From: Patescibacteria group bacterium
GTDB lineage: Bacteria; Patescibacteriota; Patescibacteriia; JAQUQO01
DNA: 64,000 nt
NCBI GenBank assembly: GCA_028716045.1
Contig: JAQUQO010000001.1
Span: forward strand, 632,961 to 696,960
Direction of reading: 5' to 3'
The notes beneath the pieces are model-generated. The model saw nothing but the letters and a program-made list of their open reading frames with translations. It did not search any database and had not been told where the DNA came from. Both the position numbers and the translations under genes were made by a program. Positions 49,236 to 58,807 of this stretch are shown here, piece after piece; position 1 is the stretch's first letter; the number at the start of each line of letters is the position of its first letter.

Positions 49236-50006
49236 TTAATAATACTGGCGATTGTAAAATTTGAGCTTTAGCCGTCCATTCTCACCTTCTTTGGGTACTC
49301 CCTCATAGCAAGTGACTCCGCAATTAATCGGTTTTCCCTTTTCATCCAAACGGATAAACTTTTTTTCAGAAAGTCGCTCTAGATTGGCGCGAAGGGCAAG
49401 AATATTCAAATGATGAGTGATTGCCAAAACTTTTCTGTCGTGAAAATCGCGAATCAGAGCGCTAACCCAGGAACGATTGCGGTCGCGCACCATAGGAATG
49501 TTCTCTCCTTGGGGATACTGATACCAATAAGGGCCGAGTAAATCATACAGTTGGCGCTGTTCTGGATGTAAAACATGAAAAACCCGCCAATCGCTGTAAA
49601 ACAAGGCCAACCCACGCTCCTGTTCCCTGATTCTTTCTTCTTCATAAGTTTTAACTCGTGCCAACTCTGGCCAACCGCTTATAATACCGTCTAGTGTCTG
49701 CCGCGCTCGAAGATACGGGGAGTAAAAAATAACATCTGGCTTTCCAAATTCTTGTTTGAGTTTTTTCCCGACAATTTTCGCCCGGGAACTCTCGATATCC
49801 ACCAAAGAGGTTTGCGAATCGCTCATTCCCAAAGCATAGCGCTCCGCAATAATTTTTGCCCAAGCCACGGTATTTGCGCTTTCGGGATTATTTTTATACT
49901 CCCGGCAAAACTCTTTGTATTCCGGGTCAGCGTTTTTCTCTTCTTTAAGGATATTGAATTTGGAAACATCGTGTCTGATCAACAGTAGATATTCCGGCCA
50001 TTTCAT
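49236..50006 (-). CDS. histidine phosphatase family protein
   Basis: LIRHD (RHG variant), SPYLRARQT, IREQERG, PQGE, AITHH; AGGAGG RBS before MKWP. Confidence 0.88.
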   Translation of the reverse strand: MKWPEYLLLIRHDVSKFNILKEEKNADPEYKEFCREYKNNPESANTVAWAKIIAERYALGMSDSQTSLVDIESSRAKIVGKKLKQEFGKPDVIFYSPYLRARQTLDGIISGWPELARVKTYEEERIREQERGLALFYSDWRVFHVLHPEQRQLYDLLGPYWYQYPQGENIPMVRDRNRSWVSALIRDFHDRKVLAITHHLNILALRANLERLSEKKFIRLDEKGKPINCGVTCYEGVPKEGENGRLKLKFYNRQYY

Positions 50007-50134
50007 CGCCTGCCTCCTTTCTTGTGATTTTAAAGACCGTTTAAAACGTTTATACCTTATCATTTTGCTTAAAAACTTTCAACTGTTTGCCTAAAAATCA
50101 AAAGTGTCGTAAAATAAAAACAGTATCTAATCGT

Positions 50135-51118
50135 ATGAAAAGAGAAACGCCAACAAAAATTAATCCTTCTTCTCCTCTCGCCAAACTCCTCGGGGAATTC
50201 TTGGACTATTTAGAGATAGAAAAAAACCGCAGCCGGATGACACGGCGCAATTATGAATTTTATCTGGGGAGATTTTTACGCTGGTTAGAATTAAAAAAGA
50301 GCCGACTGGCTCCCGAAGATATCACCGCTGAAAATGTGCGCCAATACCGCCTCTGGCTCAATCGCTTGGCCGAAGATAGCGGACAGCCGCTTAAAAAAAG
50401 CACGCAGAATTATCATCTCATCGCCCTGCGCTCATTTTTAAAATATCTCGCCAAGCGCGACATTAAAACTCTGGCGCCGGAAAAAATTGAGCTGGCTAAA
50501 ATCGGCGAGCGCACGGTGGAATTTTTAGAAGGGTCGGACTTGGAAAAATTTTTGGAAGCGCCCCTGCTCATCAAAAATCCGGACATTATTAAAAAAAGAG
50601 ACAAGGCGATTCTGGAAACGCTTTTTGCCACCGGTCTGCGCGTTTCGGAATTAAGTAATTTAAAAATTGACCAAATCAATCTAAAAAAGGACGAATTCAC
50701 GGTCCGCGGCAAGGGCGACAAACCGCGCGTGGTTTTTTTATCCAATCAAGCCAAATACTGGATTAAAGAATACCTGGACGCCCGCACTGACCCCAACCCC
50801 TTTTTGTTTATGGGACACGACCGCGCCAGCGCCAAAAGGGAAATGAAAAAAATTCCCAAACTGACCCCGCGCAGTATCCAGCGGCTCGTGGAAAAATACG
50901 CCAAAGTCGCCGGTCTCACCAAAAAAATAACTCCCCACACCTTGCGCCACAGCTACGCCACCGACCTGCTGATGAATGGCGCTGACATCCGTTCGGTACA
51001 AGCCATGCTCGGCCATGCCAGCATTACCACTACCCAGATTTACACTCACATCACCAACCAGCAACTGCGTGAAGTGCACAAAGCCTTTCACGGCCGACAA
51101 CGTCAAAAAAATAAATAA
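50135..51118 (+). CDS. XerC/XerD-like tyrosine recombinase
   Basis: RDKAILETLFATGLRVSEL, GKGDK.R, TPHTLRHSYAT, LGHASITTTQIY. Confidence 0.93.
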   Translation: MKRETPTKINPSSPLAKLLGEFLDYLEIEKNRSRMTRRNYEFYLGRFLRWLELKKSRLAPEDITAENVRQYRLWLNRLAEDSGQPLKKSTQNYHLIALRSFLKYLAKRDIKTLAPEKIELAKIGERTVEFLEGSDLEKFLEAPLLIKNPDIIKKRDKAILETLFATGLRVSELSNLKIDQINLKKDEFTVRGKGDKPRVVFLSNQAKYWIKEYLDARTDPNPFLFMGHDRASAKREMKKIPKLTPRSIQRLVEKYAKVAGLTKKITPHTLRHSYATDLLMNGADIRSVQAMLGHASITTTQIYTHITNQQLREVHKAFHGRQRQKNK

Positions 51119-51132
51119 AATAATTAAAAATT

Positions 51133-51588
51133 ATGAGCTACCAAGACATTGCCCTAAGAATATTTTTGGCCCTTCTCACCGGCCTCCTGATCGGCTTTGA
51201 AAGAGAAAGATGTAAACGCGCCGCCGGCTTGAAAACCCACATTTTAACCAGCATCGGGTCGGCAGTTTTCGCCATTGCCGGACTTAATTTTTTCTACGAA
51301 TATTATCAGACCTACGCCGGCATCAATCCTCTTTACATCATCACGGCCGTGGCCACCGGTATCGGCTTTATCGGCGCCGGCAGTGTTATCCGTTCCGAAC
51401 AGGGAGTTAGCGGGCTTTCGGCCGCGGCTTCCATCTGGATTATGGGCGCCACCGGACTAGCCATCGGTTTTGGCTATTATTTCCTGGCGATATTTTCCGT
51501 GTTAATCACCTATCTAGTTCTGATAATCAGCGAGGTGGTGCAAAAGTGGCGGGATAATAAATGCGCGGTAAAAAAAGCTCGCCAATAA
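51133..51588 (+). CDS. MgtC/SapB family membrane protein
   Basis: IGFERE, AGLKTH, GIGFIGAG, GLSAAASIW. Confidence 0.92.
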   Translation: MSYQDIALRIFLALLTGLLIGFERERCKRAAGLKTHILTSIGSAVFAIAGLNFFYEYYQTYAGINPLYIITAVATGIGFIGAGSVIRSEQGVSGLSAAASIWIMGATGLAIGFGYYFLAIFSVLITYLVLIISEVVQKWRDNKCAVKKARQ

Positions 51589-51657
51589 AGGATTGACTTT
51601 TTCTACGATAACTAGTAAAATTGATATTACTGTTTTTGAAAATTCAGCGTGTTTATC

Positions 51658-51732
51658 GGCCCCGTAGTTCAAAGGATAGAATAGAAGCCTTCTAAGCTTT
51701 AGATCTAGGTTCGATTCCTAGCGGGGTCACCA
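51658..51732 (+). tRNA. tRNA-Arg(TCT)
   Basis: GGCCCCG/CGGGGTC acceptor, GAAGC-CTTCTAA-GCTTT, GGTTCGATTCC, CCA. Confidence 0.95.
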
Positions 51733-51749
51733 AAAAATTTAATAATCAT

Positions 51750-51824
51750 GGCGGCCATAGTTTAACGGTAGAACAGCGGATTGTGGCTCCGCTGGCCTGG
51801 GTTCAACTCCCAGTGGCCGCCCCA
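51750..51824 (+). tRNA. tRNA-His(GTG)
   Basis: G-1 plus GCGGCCA/TGGCCGC, C73, GCGGA-TTGTGGC-TCCGC, CCA. Confidence 0.95.
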
Positions 51825-51867
51825 GTAGAATTAAACGTTTTTATCGCTCAAGTATTTGAATAAAAAT

Positions 51868-52863
51868 ATGCGTTTTATAAAAATCAAAGCAAAAAATAAT
51901 TACGAAGCGGGTTTTTTGTTGGGTAAAAAACTCGGGAAATTAACCTCCGGCTATTTAGAAATCCAAAAGCCCCAAGATATCAGCTGGGAGAAATTAATCA
52001 AATTATCCAAGCCCTATTTAGCCGTGACGCAAAAAACATTTCCCCAATTTATAAAAGAAATGAAGGGTTTAGCCAAAGGTTCCGGCGTCCCTTTTCTTAA
52101 AATTTGGGCGCTTAATTGCGTGGAAGAAATTTTACAAAAACAAAAAGAAAAATGCACCAGCATTTTTATCCCCCAAAAAAATTCTTACCTTGTCGGGCAC
52201 AATGAAGATTGGGAACGGCCAGCTGTCCCTCATTTAACTTTTCTCCTGCAAAAAACCATCGGCGGTCTAACCATCTGGGAACTGGCTTATCTCTATTCTA
52301 TCGGCGGCAATGCCTGTTCCATCAACTCTTTTGGTTTAACCCAAAGCATCAATACTCTTCATCATCTTGATTCGCAGGTCGGCGTACCGAAGAACATCGT
52401 CGCGCGTTGGCTTTCGGAATTCCCGAACATTAAAGAAGTTAAAAAAGAATTCGGCAAAATTCGGCGGGCCTCGGGATACAGCCACACTTTTACCGAAAAC
52501 GCCAAACTCCTGAATATAGAATCAACCGCTAAACGCTTCGCTATTTTGGAAACGCAAAATCAATATTGCCATACAAATAATTTTACCGGACGGCTGAAAA
52601 AATTTGAAACCCGGGGACTGGGGAAATCCGGCTCAACCACTTACAAAAGATACGCCTCCGCTTGCCGATTTATCAAAAAAATTGGCGCCGAACGGGAGTT
52701 TAAAAAGATTCTTTCCGGCCAGGATAAATACGCGAAAAGCTTGATTTACAACCCCCGGACCTTGGCCTCAGTTATTATTAACCCCCAGACAAAAACTTTG
52801 GAGGTCAAGGGCAGAGGCGAACGTTGGTTAAAAATCAATTTGAATTTAAAAAATCGTTCGTGA
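51868..52863 (+). CDS. peptidase C45 (Ntn-hydrolase) family protein
   Basis: EMKGLAKG, KCTS autocleavage Cys, GHNEDW, INSFG, CHTN. Confidence 0.85.
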   Translation: MRFIKIKAKNNYEAGFLLGKKLGKLTSGYLEIQKPQDISWEKLIKLSKPYLAVTQKTFPQFIKEMKGLAKGSGVPFLKIWALNCVEEILQKQKEKCTSIFIPQKNSYLVGHNEDWERPAVPHLTFLLQKTIGGLTIWELAYLYSIGGNACSINSFGLTQSINTLHHLDSQVGVPKNIVARWLSEFPNIKEVKKEFGKIRRASGYSHTFTENAKLLNIESTAKRFAILETQNQYCHTNNFTGRLKKFETRGLGKSGSTTYKRYASACRFIKKIGAEREFKKILSGQDKYAKSLIYNPRTLASVIINPQTKTLEVKGRGERWLKINLNLKNRS

Positions 52864-52899
52864 TAGAATAAAATCAATAATTACCAAACCTGCTAAAAT

Positions 52900-54096
52900 A
52901 TGCTAAAAAAAATAATCGTCTGCTCCTTCATATTTTTATTTTTTAACTGGCCGGGGGCTTCGGCCGCCGAGCCGCCGGTGGATATTTATTTTTTTTACGG
53001 CGACGGCTGCCCGCACTGCGCCTCGGAAAAAGAATTTTTGAATTTTGCTATTCAAAATAAGTATAAAGATAAAATCCGGGTTCACGAATTTGAGGTTTGG
53101 TATAACATTAAAAACGCCAACCTGCTCGTGGACTTAGCCAAGGCCTATAAAGTCCGCAGCGCGGGCGTGCCAATGACTTTTATCGGCGAAGAGGCTTTCT
53201 CGGGTTTTGGAAAAGGATATACTGACGTTAAAATTGAACGGACTATTCAAAATTGTTTAGATTCCGGCCAATGTCTTGACCCGATGTATAAAATAGCTCC
53301 GCCGGAACAGTCAAAACCGCCAGCCGAAGAAAAAGAACAAAAGGAAGAATTAAAATTGGATTACCCCCTTATCAGAAACATTAATCTCTTTTCCTTATCC
53401 CTGCCTGTCCTTACTATCGCTTTGGGAGCGCTGGACGGTTTTAATCCTTGCGCGATGTGGGTTCTCCTCTTTCTTATCTCTCTGCTTTTGGGAATGGAAG
53501 ACAAAAAAAGAATGTGGCTTATCGGCATCGCCTTTATCGCCGCTTCGGCCGCCACCTATTTTCTTTTCCTCGCCGCTTGGCTAAATCTCTTTATTTTCAT
53601 GGGTTATATTCAGCTGGTGAGAATCGCCATTGGCCTGCTGGCCATCATCGCGGGCATTATCAATCTTAAAGATTACTTCTCTTATCAAGAGGGCGTCTGC
53701 AAGGTGACTAAGGGGGAAAGCCGCCGGAAAATTTTTGAACGCATCCGCGAAATTATTAAATCTAAATACCTCCTTTTCTCCCTCGCGGGCATTATTGTTT
53801 TGGCTTTCGCGGTTAATATGGTGGAGTTGGTCTGCTCTATCGGACTGCCGGCTATTTACACGCAGATATTGAGTTTAAATCACCTGCCAACCTGGGAATA
53901 TTATTTTTATCTGCTCCTTTATATTTTCTTCTTCATGCTGGATGATATTATCGTTTTTGTGGTGGCGATGCTCACCCTGAAAATCGCCGGCCTTACGGGT
54001 AAGTACACCAAGTACTCCAACCTCGTCGGCGGAATTATAATCTTGATTATCGGCATCCTGCTTATCCTAAAACCGTCGCTCTTAATGTTCGGCTAA
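52900..54096 (+). CDS. glutaredoxin-like domain fused to a DsbD/CcdA-like membrane domain
   Basis: Signal peptide, GCPHC, GVP, LDGFNPCAMWVL, VELVCSIGLPA, multiple TM. Confidence 0.85.
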   Translation: MLKKIIVCSFIFLFFNWPGASAAEPPVDIYFFYGDGCPHCASEKEFLNFAIQNKYKDKIRVHEFEVWYNIKNANLLVDLAKAYKVRSAGVPMTFIGEEAFSGFGKGYTDVKIERTIQNCLDSGQCLDPMYKIAPPEQSKPPAEEKEQKEELKLDYPLIRNINLFSLSLPVLTIALGALDGFNPCAMWVLLFLISLLLGMEDKKRMWLIGIAFIAASAATYFLFLAAWLNLFIFMGYIQLVRIAIGLLAIIAGIINLKDYFSYQEGVCKVTKGESRRKIFERIREIIKSKYLLFSLAGIIVLAFAVNMVELVCSIGLPAIYTQILSLNHLPTWEYYFYLLLYIFFFMLDDIIVFVVAMLTLKIAGLTGKYTKYSNLVGGIIILIIGILLILKPSLLMFG

Positions 54097-54196
54097 AATC
54101 TATCATAAATCCCCCGCCCAAAAAGCGGGGGATTTTATATCTGGCAAAAAACAGCTGCTTGTGCTAAGATGAAATAAATTATTTTAATGAATCTCT

Positions 54197-55819
54197 ATGC
54201 CGGAAAATGGCGAAATTAAACTAAAAAAACCGATAAAAGAACTGCTGGAAGTGTTCGCGAAAAAACCAGAAGATAATCAGGAAATTGCCAAAATCAAAGT
54301 CAGTGAAATGATCAGTAAAATCGCTTTTTTTTACGAAAAAATCCGCAACGTCATTGATTATCGCGAGGAACATCTTTTGCGCAAAGGCGCCGTGGAAAGA
54401 ATCATCCGACGTAAACTTTTGATTGAAGGACGGCTCACCATTGAACCGCAAAAAGAGGCCGACATCGCCAAGTCGTTAATCTGCGAATTGATTCGGGCTT
54501 CTTATATACCCAATGAATCATTGCCGGAAACAAAAATTGGGACGGTGGCTAAAATTTTAGTAAAGTATGACGCGCTGAAGAAAAAAATTGCCGCCACGCC
54601 CCACCGGGAGACGAAAAAAATAAACAATTGGCTCATCGGCCTCATGGCCTGCGAAATAGAAGAAGAACTGATTCCGCCGACCCGCGACCATGCTTTGGCC
54701 GAAACAATGTATAAATTAATGAACCCGCTAATTACCGTGGAAGGCCGGCCGGCGCCGGAAGAGAATGAAAAAAATACTCAAATTTATTTGGCGATTTATC
54801 GCAACCTTCTGAAATACGACCATGGTATGCTGGATTATTTGCTGTGGAATCTTTACTGGCCGGAATGGCGTCAGGGTAGCGAAGAAGCAATAACTAAGGC
54901 AGCGGATAATATAGAGTCAATAAGGCGGGCTATAGAAATCCAAAAAAATCATCCTCTGCGCGAGAAGCTCAATAAAATTTGCAAAAAATACTCGGTACTA
55001 TTTATCATCTTCAAAGACATTATTGAAGAAAATCCGGACAACATTGAAGATATTTTAGCTAATCCGGCGATGCTGGAAGAAAAAGTGACCAAAGTTTGTA
55101 ATAAAAAATATCAGGGGATAAGAACCAAACTGCGCCGCAGCGTGCTCCGTTCAATTATCTATATTTTTATCACTAAAATGGCTTTAGCGCTGGCCATTGA
55201 AGTCCCGTTTGACCTGTTTATCACCCACCAACTACATTATTTATCCTTGGGCATCAATATCCTTTTCCACCCCCTCCTTCTTCTTTTTATTGCCCTTTCT
55301 GTAAGAATTCCCACGGAAAAAAATACTAAAATAATCATCACCAGCTTAAAGCTTCTTTTTTATCAGCATGGCGAGGAAAAATTAAAATATATCGTCAAAA
55401 TGCCGGCAAAACGCGGGGGATTTCTACAAGGTATTTTTACTTTTATCTACGCCCTGACTTTTGTCATTTCTTTCGGCATTTTAGTAACTATTTTAAATAA
55501 ACTGCATTTCAGTATTTTAAGCATGCTCCTCTTTATTCTCTTCTTAAGCGTGGTTAGCTTTTTTGCCACTCGCATCCGCAAAACCGCCAAAGAACTTTTA
55601 GTCATCAAAAAAACCGAGAGCATCTTCACGGCTTTTTCGGACTTCTTCTTTACTCCGATTATCCACGCCGGGCGGTGGCTTTCAGTAAATTTCTCCAAAA
55701 TCAATGTTTTTATCTTTATTATGGATGTTATTATTGAAGCGCCGTTTAAAATTTTTATAGATATCTCCGAACAATGGTTCGCTTTTGTGAGAGAAAAAAA
55801 AGAGGAGCTGGAACCGTGA
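54197..55819 (+). CDS. hypothetical membrane protein
   Basis: 540 aa, YEKIRN.IDYREEHLLRK.A.ERI N-terminal motif, four C-terminal TM segments. Confidence 0.8.
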   Translation: MPENGEIKLKKPIKELLEVFAKKPEDNQEIAKIKVSEMISKIAFFYEKIRNVIDYREEHLLRKGAVERIIRRKLLIEGRLTIEPQKEADIAKSLICELIRASYIPNESLPETKIGTVAKILVKYDALKKKIAATPHRETKKINNWLIGLMACEIEEELIPPTRDHALAETMYKLMNPLITVEGRPAPEENEKNTQIYLAIYRNLLKYDHGMLDYLLWNLYWPEWRQGSEEAITKAADNIESIRRAIEIQKNHPLREKLNKICKKYSVLFIIFKDIIEENPDNIEDILANPAMLEEKVTKVCNKKYQGIRTKLRRSVLRSIIYIFITKMALALAIEVPFDLFITHQLHYLSLGINILFHPLLLLFIALSVRIPTEKNTKIIITSLKLLFYQHGEEKLKYIVKMPAKRGGFLQGIFTFIYALTFVISFGILVTILNKLHFSILSMLLFILFLSVVSFFATRIRKTAKELLVIKKTESIFTAFSDFFFTPIIHAGRWLSVNFSKINVFIFIMDVIIEAPFKIFIDISEQWFAFVREKKEELEP

Positions 55820-55831
55820 AATAGCGTTAAA

Positions 55832-55881
55832 ATATAAAAACTCCCCCGTCCCGAGAACTCGGGACGGGGGAGTTTTTATAT
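55832..55881. terminator. perfect 24-bp-arm palindrome / bidirectional terminator
   Basis: ATATAAAAACTCCCCCGTCCCGAG-aa-CTCGGGACGGGGGAGTTTTTATAT between convergent genes. Confidence 0.8.
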
Positions 55882-55889
55882 GAAAAAAT

Positions 55890-56885
55890 TTAAATGGTTT
55901 CCCTCAAAAATTTTTCTAACAACCGGCAAGGGTCAGCTCTTTTGTAAATAATGCGATAAACGAGTTCCAAAAGGGGCAATTTTAATTTTCTCTTTTTGGC
56001 TATATCATAAACTATTTTAACGGCTACCACTCCTTCAGTCACCTGCTCCATGGATTTTCTGGCGCGCGCGTAAGAACCTTTAACACAAATCAGCTCGCCG
56101 AGCGTCCGGTTGCGGCTGAATTCCGATAAGCTGGTGGCTAAAAAATCGCCAAGTCCGGCCAAACTATAAACCGTCTCCGTATTGGCGCCGAAAGAACGAT
56201 AAATAGATTTCATTTCTTCCAGGGCCTCAACGGCCAAAACTATCTGCGTATTATTAGTGTAATCCATTCCGTCGCACATGCCCATGGCGATGGCATAGAT
56301 ATTTTTTAACGCTCCGCCGAGCTCCGTGCCGATAAGGTCATTACTCCAAATCACCTTAAAATAGTCCGTGGCTAAAATTTTCCTTAATTTTTTAAAATTA
56401 TTTTTAGCGCCGGCGGCGGCTATTACCACGGCAAATTTTTTTCGCACAAATTCCGTGGCTACCGAAGGGCCGGAAATCACCACCACATTTTTTGCCCAAT
56501 TATAGCCGAGTTCATTTAAAATCACTTCGTGCATTACTCGGCCGGTTTTTTCTTCCAACCCCTTTGAGGTATTTACCAGCAGCTGGCCAGTCTTCAAATA
56601 CGGCTTTATTTCTTTTACCACGCCTTTTATGGCCCGTGAAGGAACGGCGAGGAAGACCGCCTCGGCTCCGTTAACACAATCCGGAATATTAAAAACCGCT
56701 CTGATATTTTTAGATAGTTTAATCTTGGACAGATATTTTTTGTTGGTATGGCGAGAATTTATCTCGGCTAAAATCCTTTCCTCTATGCCCCAAATTTTTA
56801 CCCCCCAACCGTTTTCGGCAATCACCTGCGCCAAAGCCGTGCCCATATTGCCGGAACCAATGATAGCGATATGTCTCTTGTGCAT
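55890..56885 (-). CDS. gpsA: NAD(P)H-dependent glycerol-3-phosphate dehydrogenase
   Basis: IGSGNMGTALA, AVPS, SKGLE, SGPS.A.E, GGALKNIYAI, GLGD..AT..S..SRN. Confidence 0.95.
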   Translation of the reverse strand: MHKRHIAIIGSGNMGTALAQVIAENGWGVKIWGIEERILAEINSRHTNKKYLSKIKLSKNIRAVFNIPDCVNGAEAVFLAVPSRAIKGVVKEIKPYLKTGQLLVNTSKGLEEKTGRVMHEVILNELGYNWAKNVVVISGPSVATEFVRKKFAVVIAAAGAKNNFKKLRKILATDYFKVIWSNDLIGTELGGALKNIYAIAMGMCDGMDYTNNTQIVLAVEALEEMKSIYRSFGANTETVYSLAGLGDFLATSLSEFSRNRTLGELICVKGSYARARKSMEQVTEGVVAVKIVYDIAKKRKLKLPLLELVYRIIYKRADPCRLLEKFLRETI

Positions 56886-57013
56886 AATATTAAAGTTAAA
56901 CTTATTTTAGTATAACATAAAAATTCGAAACTTGAAACCCATACTCTGCTGCTTAAAATGGCGGCTATTCGTCCAACGGTTAAGCGTGGCGTGCCAATAA
57001 AAAACGGACTTAA

Positions 57014-57331
57014 TTAAGTCCGTTCTAATTCCCTAAAGGCCTCTTGCAATTCTAAAAATTTACGATGAAGACCGATAAACGACGATTTGTCTTCTGCGAT
57101 AATGGCCGTCACTCCCTCGCCATAAAGAAGCATCACTCTTATAGCATTAATTACTTCTTCTCGCTGCTCCTTCGGTAAAAAACCCAAAAACTCCTTATAA
57201 AGAATGTCCCATTTCAAAACCAAAAAAGAAAGTACGGCGAGAAAGTGCTTAGCTACCGATTCAGAAGTATGCCCCTTGGCTTTTTGTTCAGAATAAAAAC
57301 GATGAATCTTTAAAATAGTAAGCGGGTTCAT
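57014..57331 (-). CDS. hypothetical protein
   Basis: AGGAGG RBS before MNPLT, TTGACG promoter at 57393-57398. Confidence 0.65.
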   Translation of the reverse strand: MNPLTILKIHRFYSEQKAKGHTSESVAKHFLAVLSFLVLKWDILYKEFLGFLPKEQREEVINAIRVMLLYGEGVTAIIAEDKSSFIGLHRKFLELQEAFRELERT

Positions 57332-57398
57332 CTTATCCTCCTGATAAAATTTCAAATGGCAATCATTGAATAATAACCTAAAAATTAAATTTCGTCAA

Positions 57399-57424
57399 GA
57401 CCCGTCCGTCGCGACTGACGGGTC
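57399..57424. repeat. palindromic repeat, copy 1
   Basis: GACCCGTCCGTCGCGACTGACGGGTC. Confidence 0.75.
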
Positions 57425-57594
57425 AAAATTTTTATCTTTTTCTTAGAGAGGGGATTTTGCCGCCCTAAAAACAAAAATGCTGCCGGTTCGGAGGCGAGGG
57501 GTAAAATTAAACTATAAATTTTAAACTTTAAGTTATTAACATTGACACTATTCGGCCTTGTGCTAAGATATAAAAATTATTATAAAGCTAGGCA

Positions 57595-58665
57595 ATGTCT
57601 AAGCTTGATGATTTAAAACAAATACAAAAACTTGACGGGGGCGGAGTTTTAGAATCGATTGCTTCGTTAGACAAACAAATTAGGCAGGCCTGGGAAGAAA
57701 CGCAAAAATTGATACTGCCGGAAGAATATAAAGGATGCAACAACGTTGTCGTCTGCGGAATGGGCGGCTCAACTTTGGGCACTCATATTATTAAAACCTT
57801 GTTCGCCGAGGAATTAGATGTGCCACTGGAAATTGTTAATGATTATAAATTGCCGAATTTTGCCGATGATGACACGCTCTGCATTCTTTCCAGCTATTCC
57901 GGCAATACGGAGGAAGTAATGAAAGTTGCCGAGGAGGCCGTGGAAAAGCAATTAAAAATAGTGGGTATTTGCGCCGGCGGGGAACTGGCCGAATTTCTGA
58001 AATCCCATAATTTCCCCGCTTACATCTTTGAACCGAAATTCAATGTTTCGGGCCAGCCCCGCTTGGGGCTCGGTTATTCCATAATGGGCCAGCTCGGCAT
58101 TTTGTGCCGTGCTGGTTTTTTAGATATTGAGGAAAAGGATATTAATGAAATAATCGGGGTGGTCAAGAAAATCGGTCAAAACTGCGTTCCGGAAATAGAC
58201 ACTAAAAATAATCCAGCTAAAGAACTGGCCGGGGAAATCCATGGCAAAATAGCCGTGGCGGTAGGTTCGGAATTTTTAGCCGGCAACCTCCATGTGCTGG
58301 CCAATCAAATAAATGAAAATTCTAAAAATTTTGCCGCCTATTTTCTTCTGCCCGAACTGAATCATCACCTGTTGGAAGGGCTCGGCCATCCCGAGGCTTG
58401 CCGCCAGCTCCACTTTTTGTTCATCAACTCCCGCCTGTATCATGAACGAACTGGCTCGCGCTACCATCTCACTGAAGAAGTAGTCAAAAAAAATAATATC
58501 TCTTACAGTGAATTCGTGCCGACCAGCAGAACCAAACTGCTTCAATCTTTTGAAATTTTAAGCTTAGGAAGTTTTATCAGTTTCTATCTGGCAATTCTTA
58601 ATGGAGAAGACCCGAGCAAAATCCCGTGGGTGAATTATTTAAAAAATAAATTGAGGGAGGCTTAA
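57595..58665 (+). CDS. bifunctional phosphoglucose/phosphomannose isomerase (SIS domain)
   Basis: GMGGS, SSYSGNTEE, GQPR, NENSK, PELNHH, EDP..IP.V..LK. Confidence 0.92.
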   Translation: MSKLDDLKQIQKLDGGGVLESIASLDKQIRQAWEETQKLILPEEYKGCNNVVVCGMGGSTLGTHIIKTLFAEELDVPLEIVNDYKLPNFADDDTLCILSSYSGNTEEVMKVAEEAVEKQLKIVGICAGGELAEFLKSHNFPAYIFEPKFNVSGQPRLGLGYSIMGQLGILCRAGFLDIEEKDINEIIGVVKKIGQNCVPEIDTKNNPAKELAGEIHGKIAVAVGSEFLAGNLHVLANQINENSKNFAAYFLLPELNHHLLEGLGHPEACRQLHFLFINSRLYHERTGSRYHLTEEVVKKNNISYSEFVPTSRTKLLQSFEILSLGSFISFYLAILNGEDPSKIPWVNYLKNKLREA

Positions 58666-58666
58666 T

Positions 58667-58689
58667 CCGTCAGTCGCGACTGACGGGTC
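58667..58689. repeat. palindromic repeat, copy 2
   Basis: CCGTCAGTCGCGACTGACGGGTC, one mismatch to copy 1. Confidence 0.75.
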
Positions 58690-58807
58690 TTAACCAAATT
58701 GCCATTCCCATGCTTGATGGCAATTTGACCTAAGCAAAAAAGAAAAAAGACCGTTTAAAAACGGTCTTTTGCGCTGTAATAAAATAATTAGCAAAAGATA
58801 TTACTGA

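Noticed and set aside
50135-51824. Integrase plus tRNAs as a prophage or genomic island
   Set aside because: The recombinase looks like a housekeeping Xer type, I found no duplicated tRNA 3' end (att site), and there are no phage genes.
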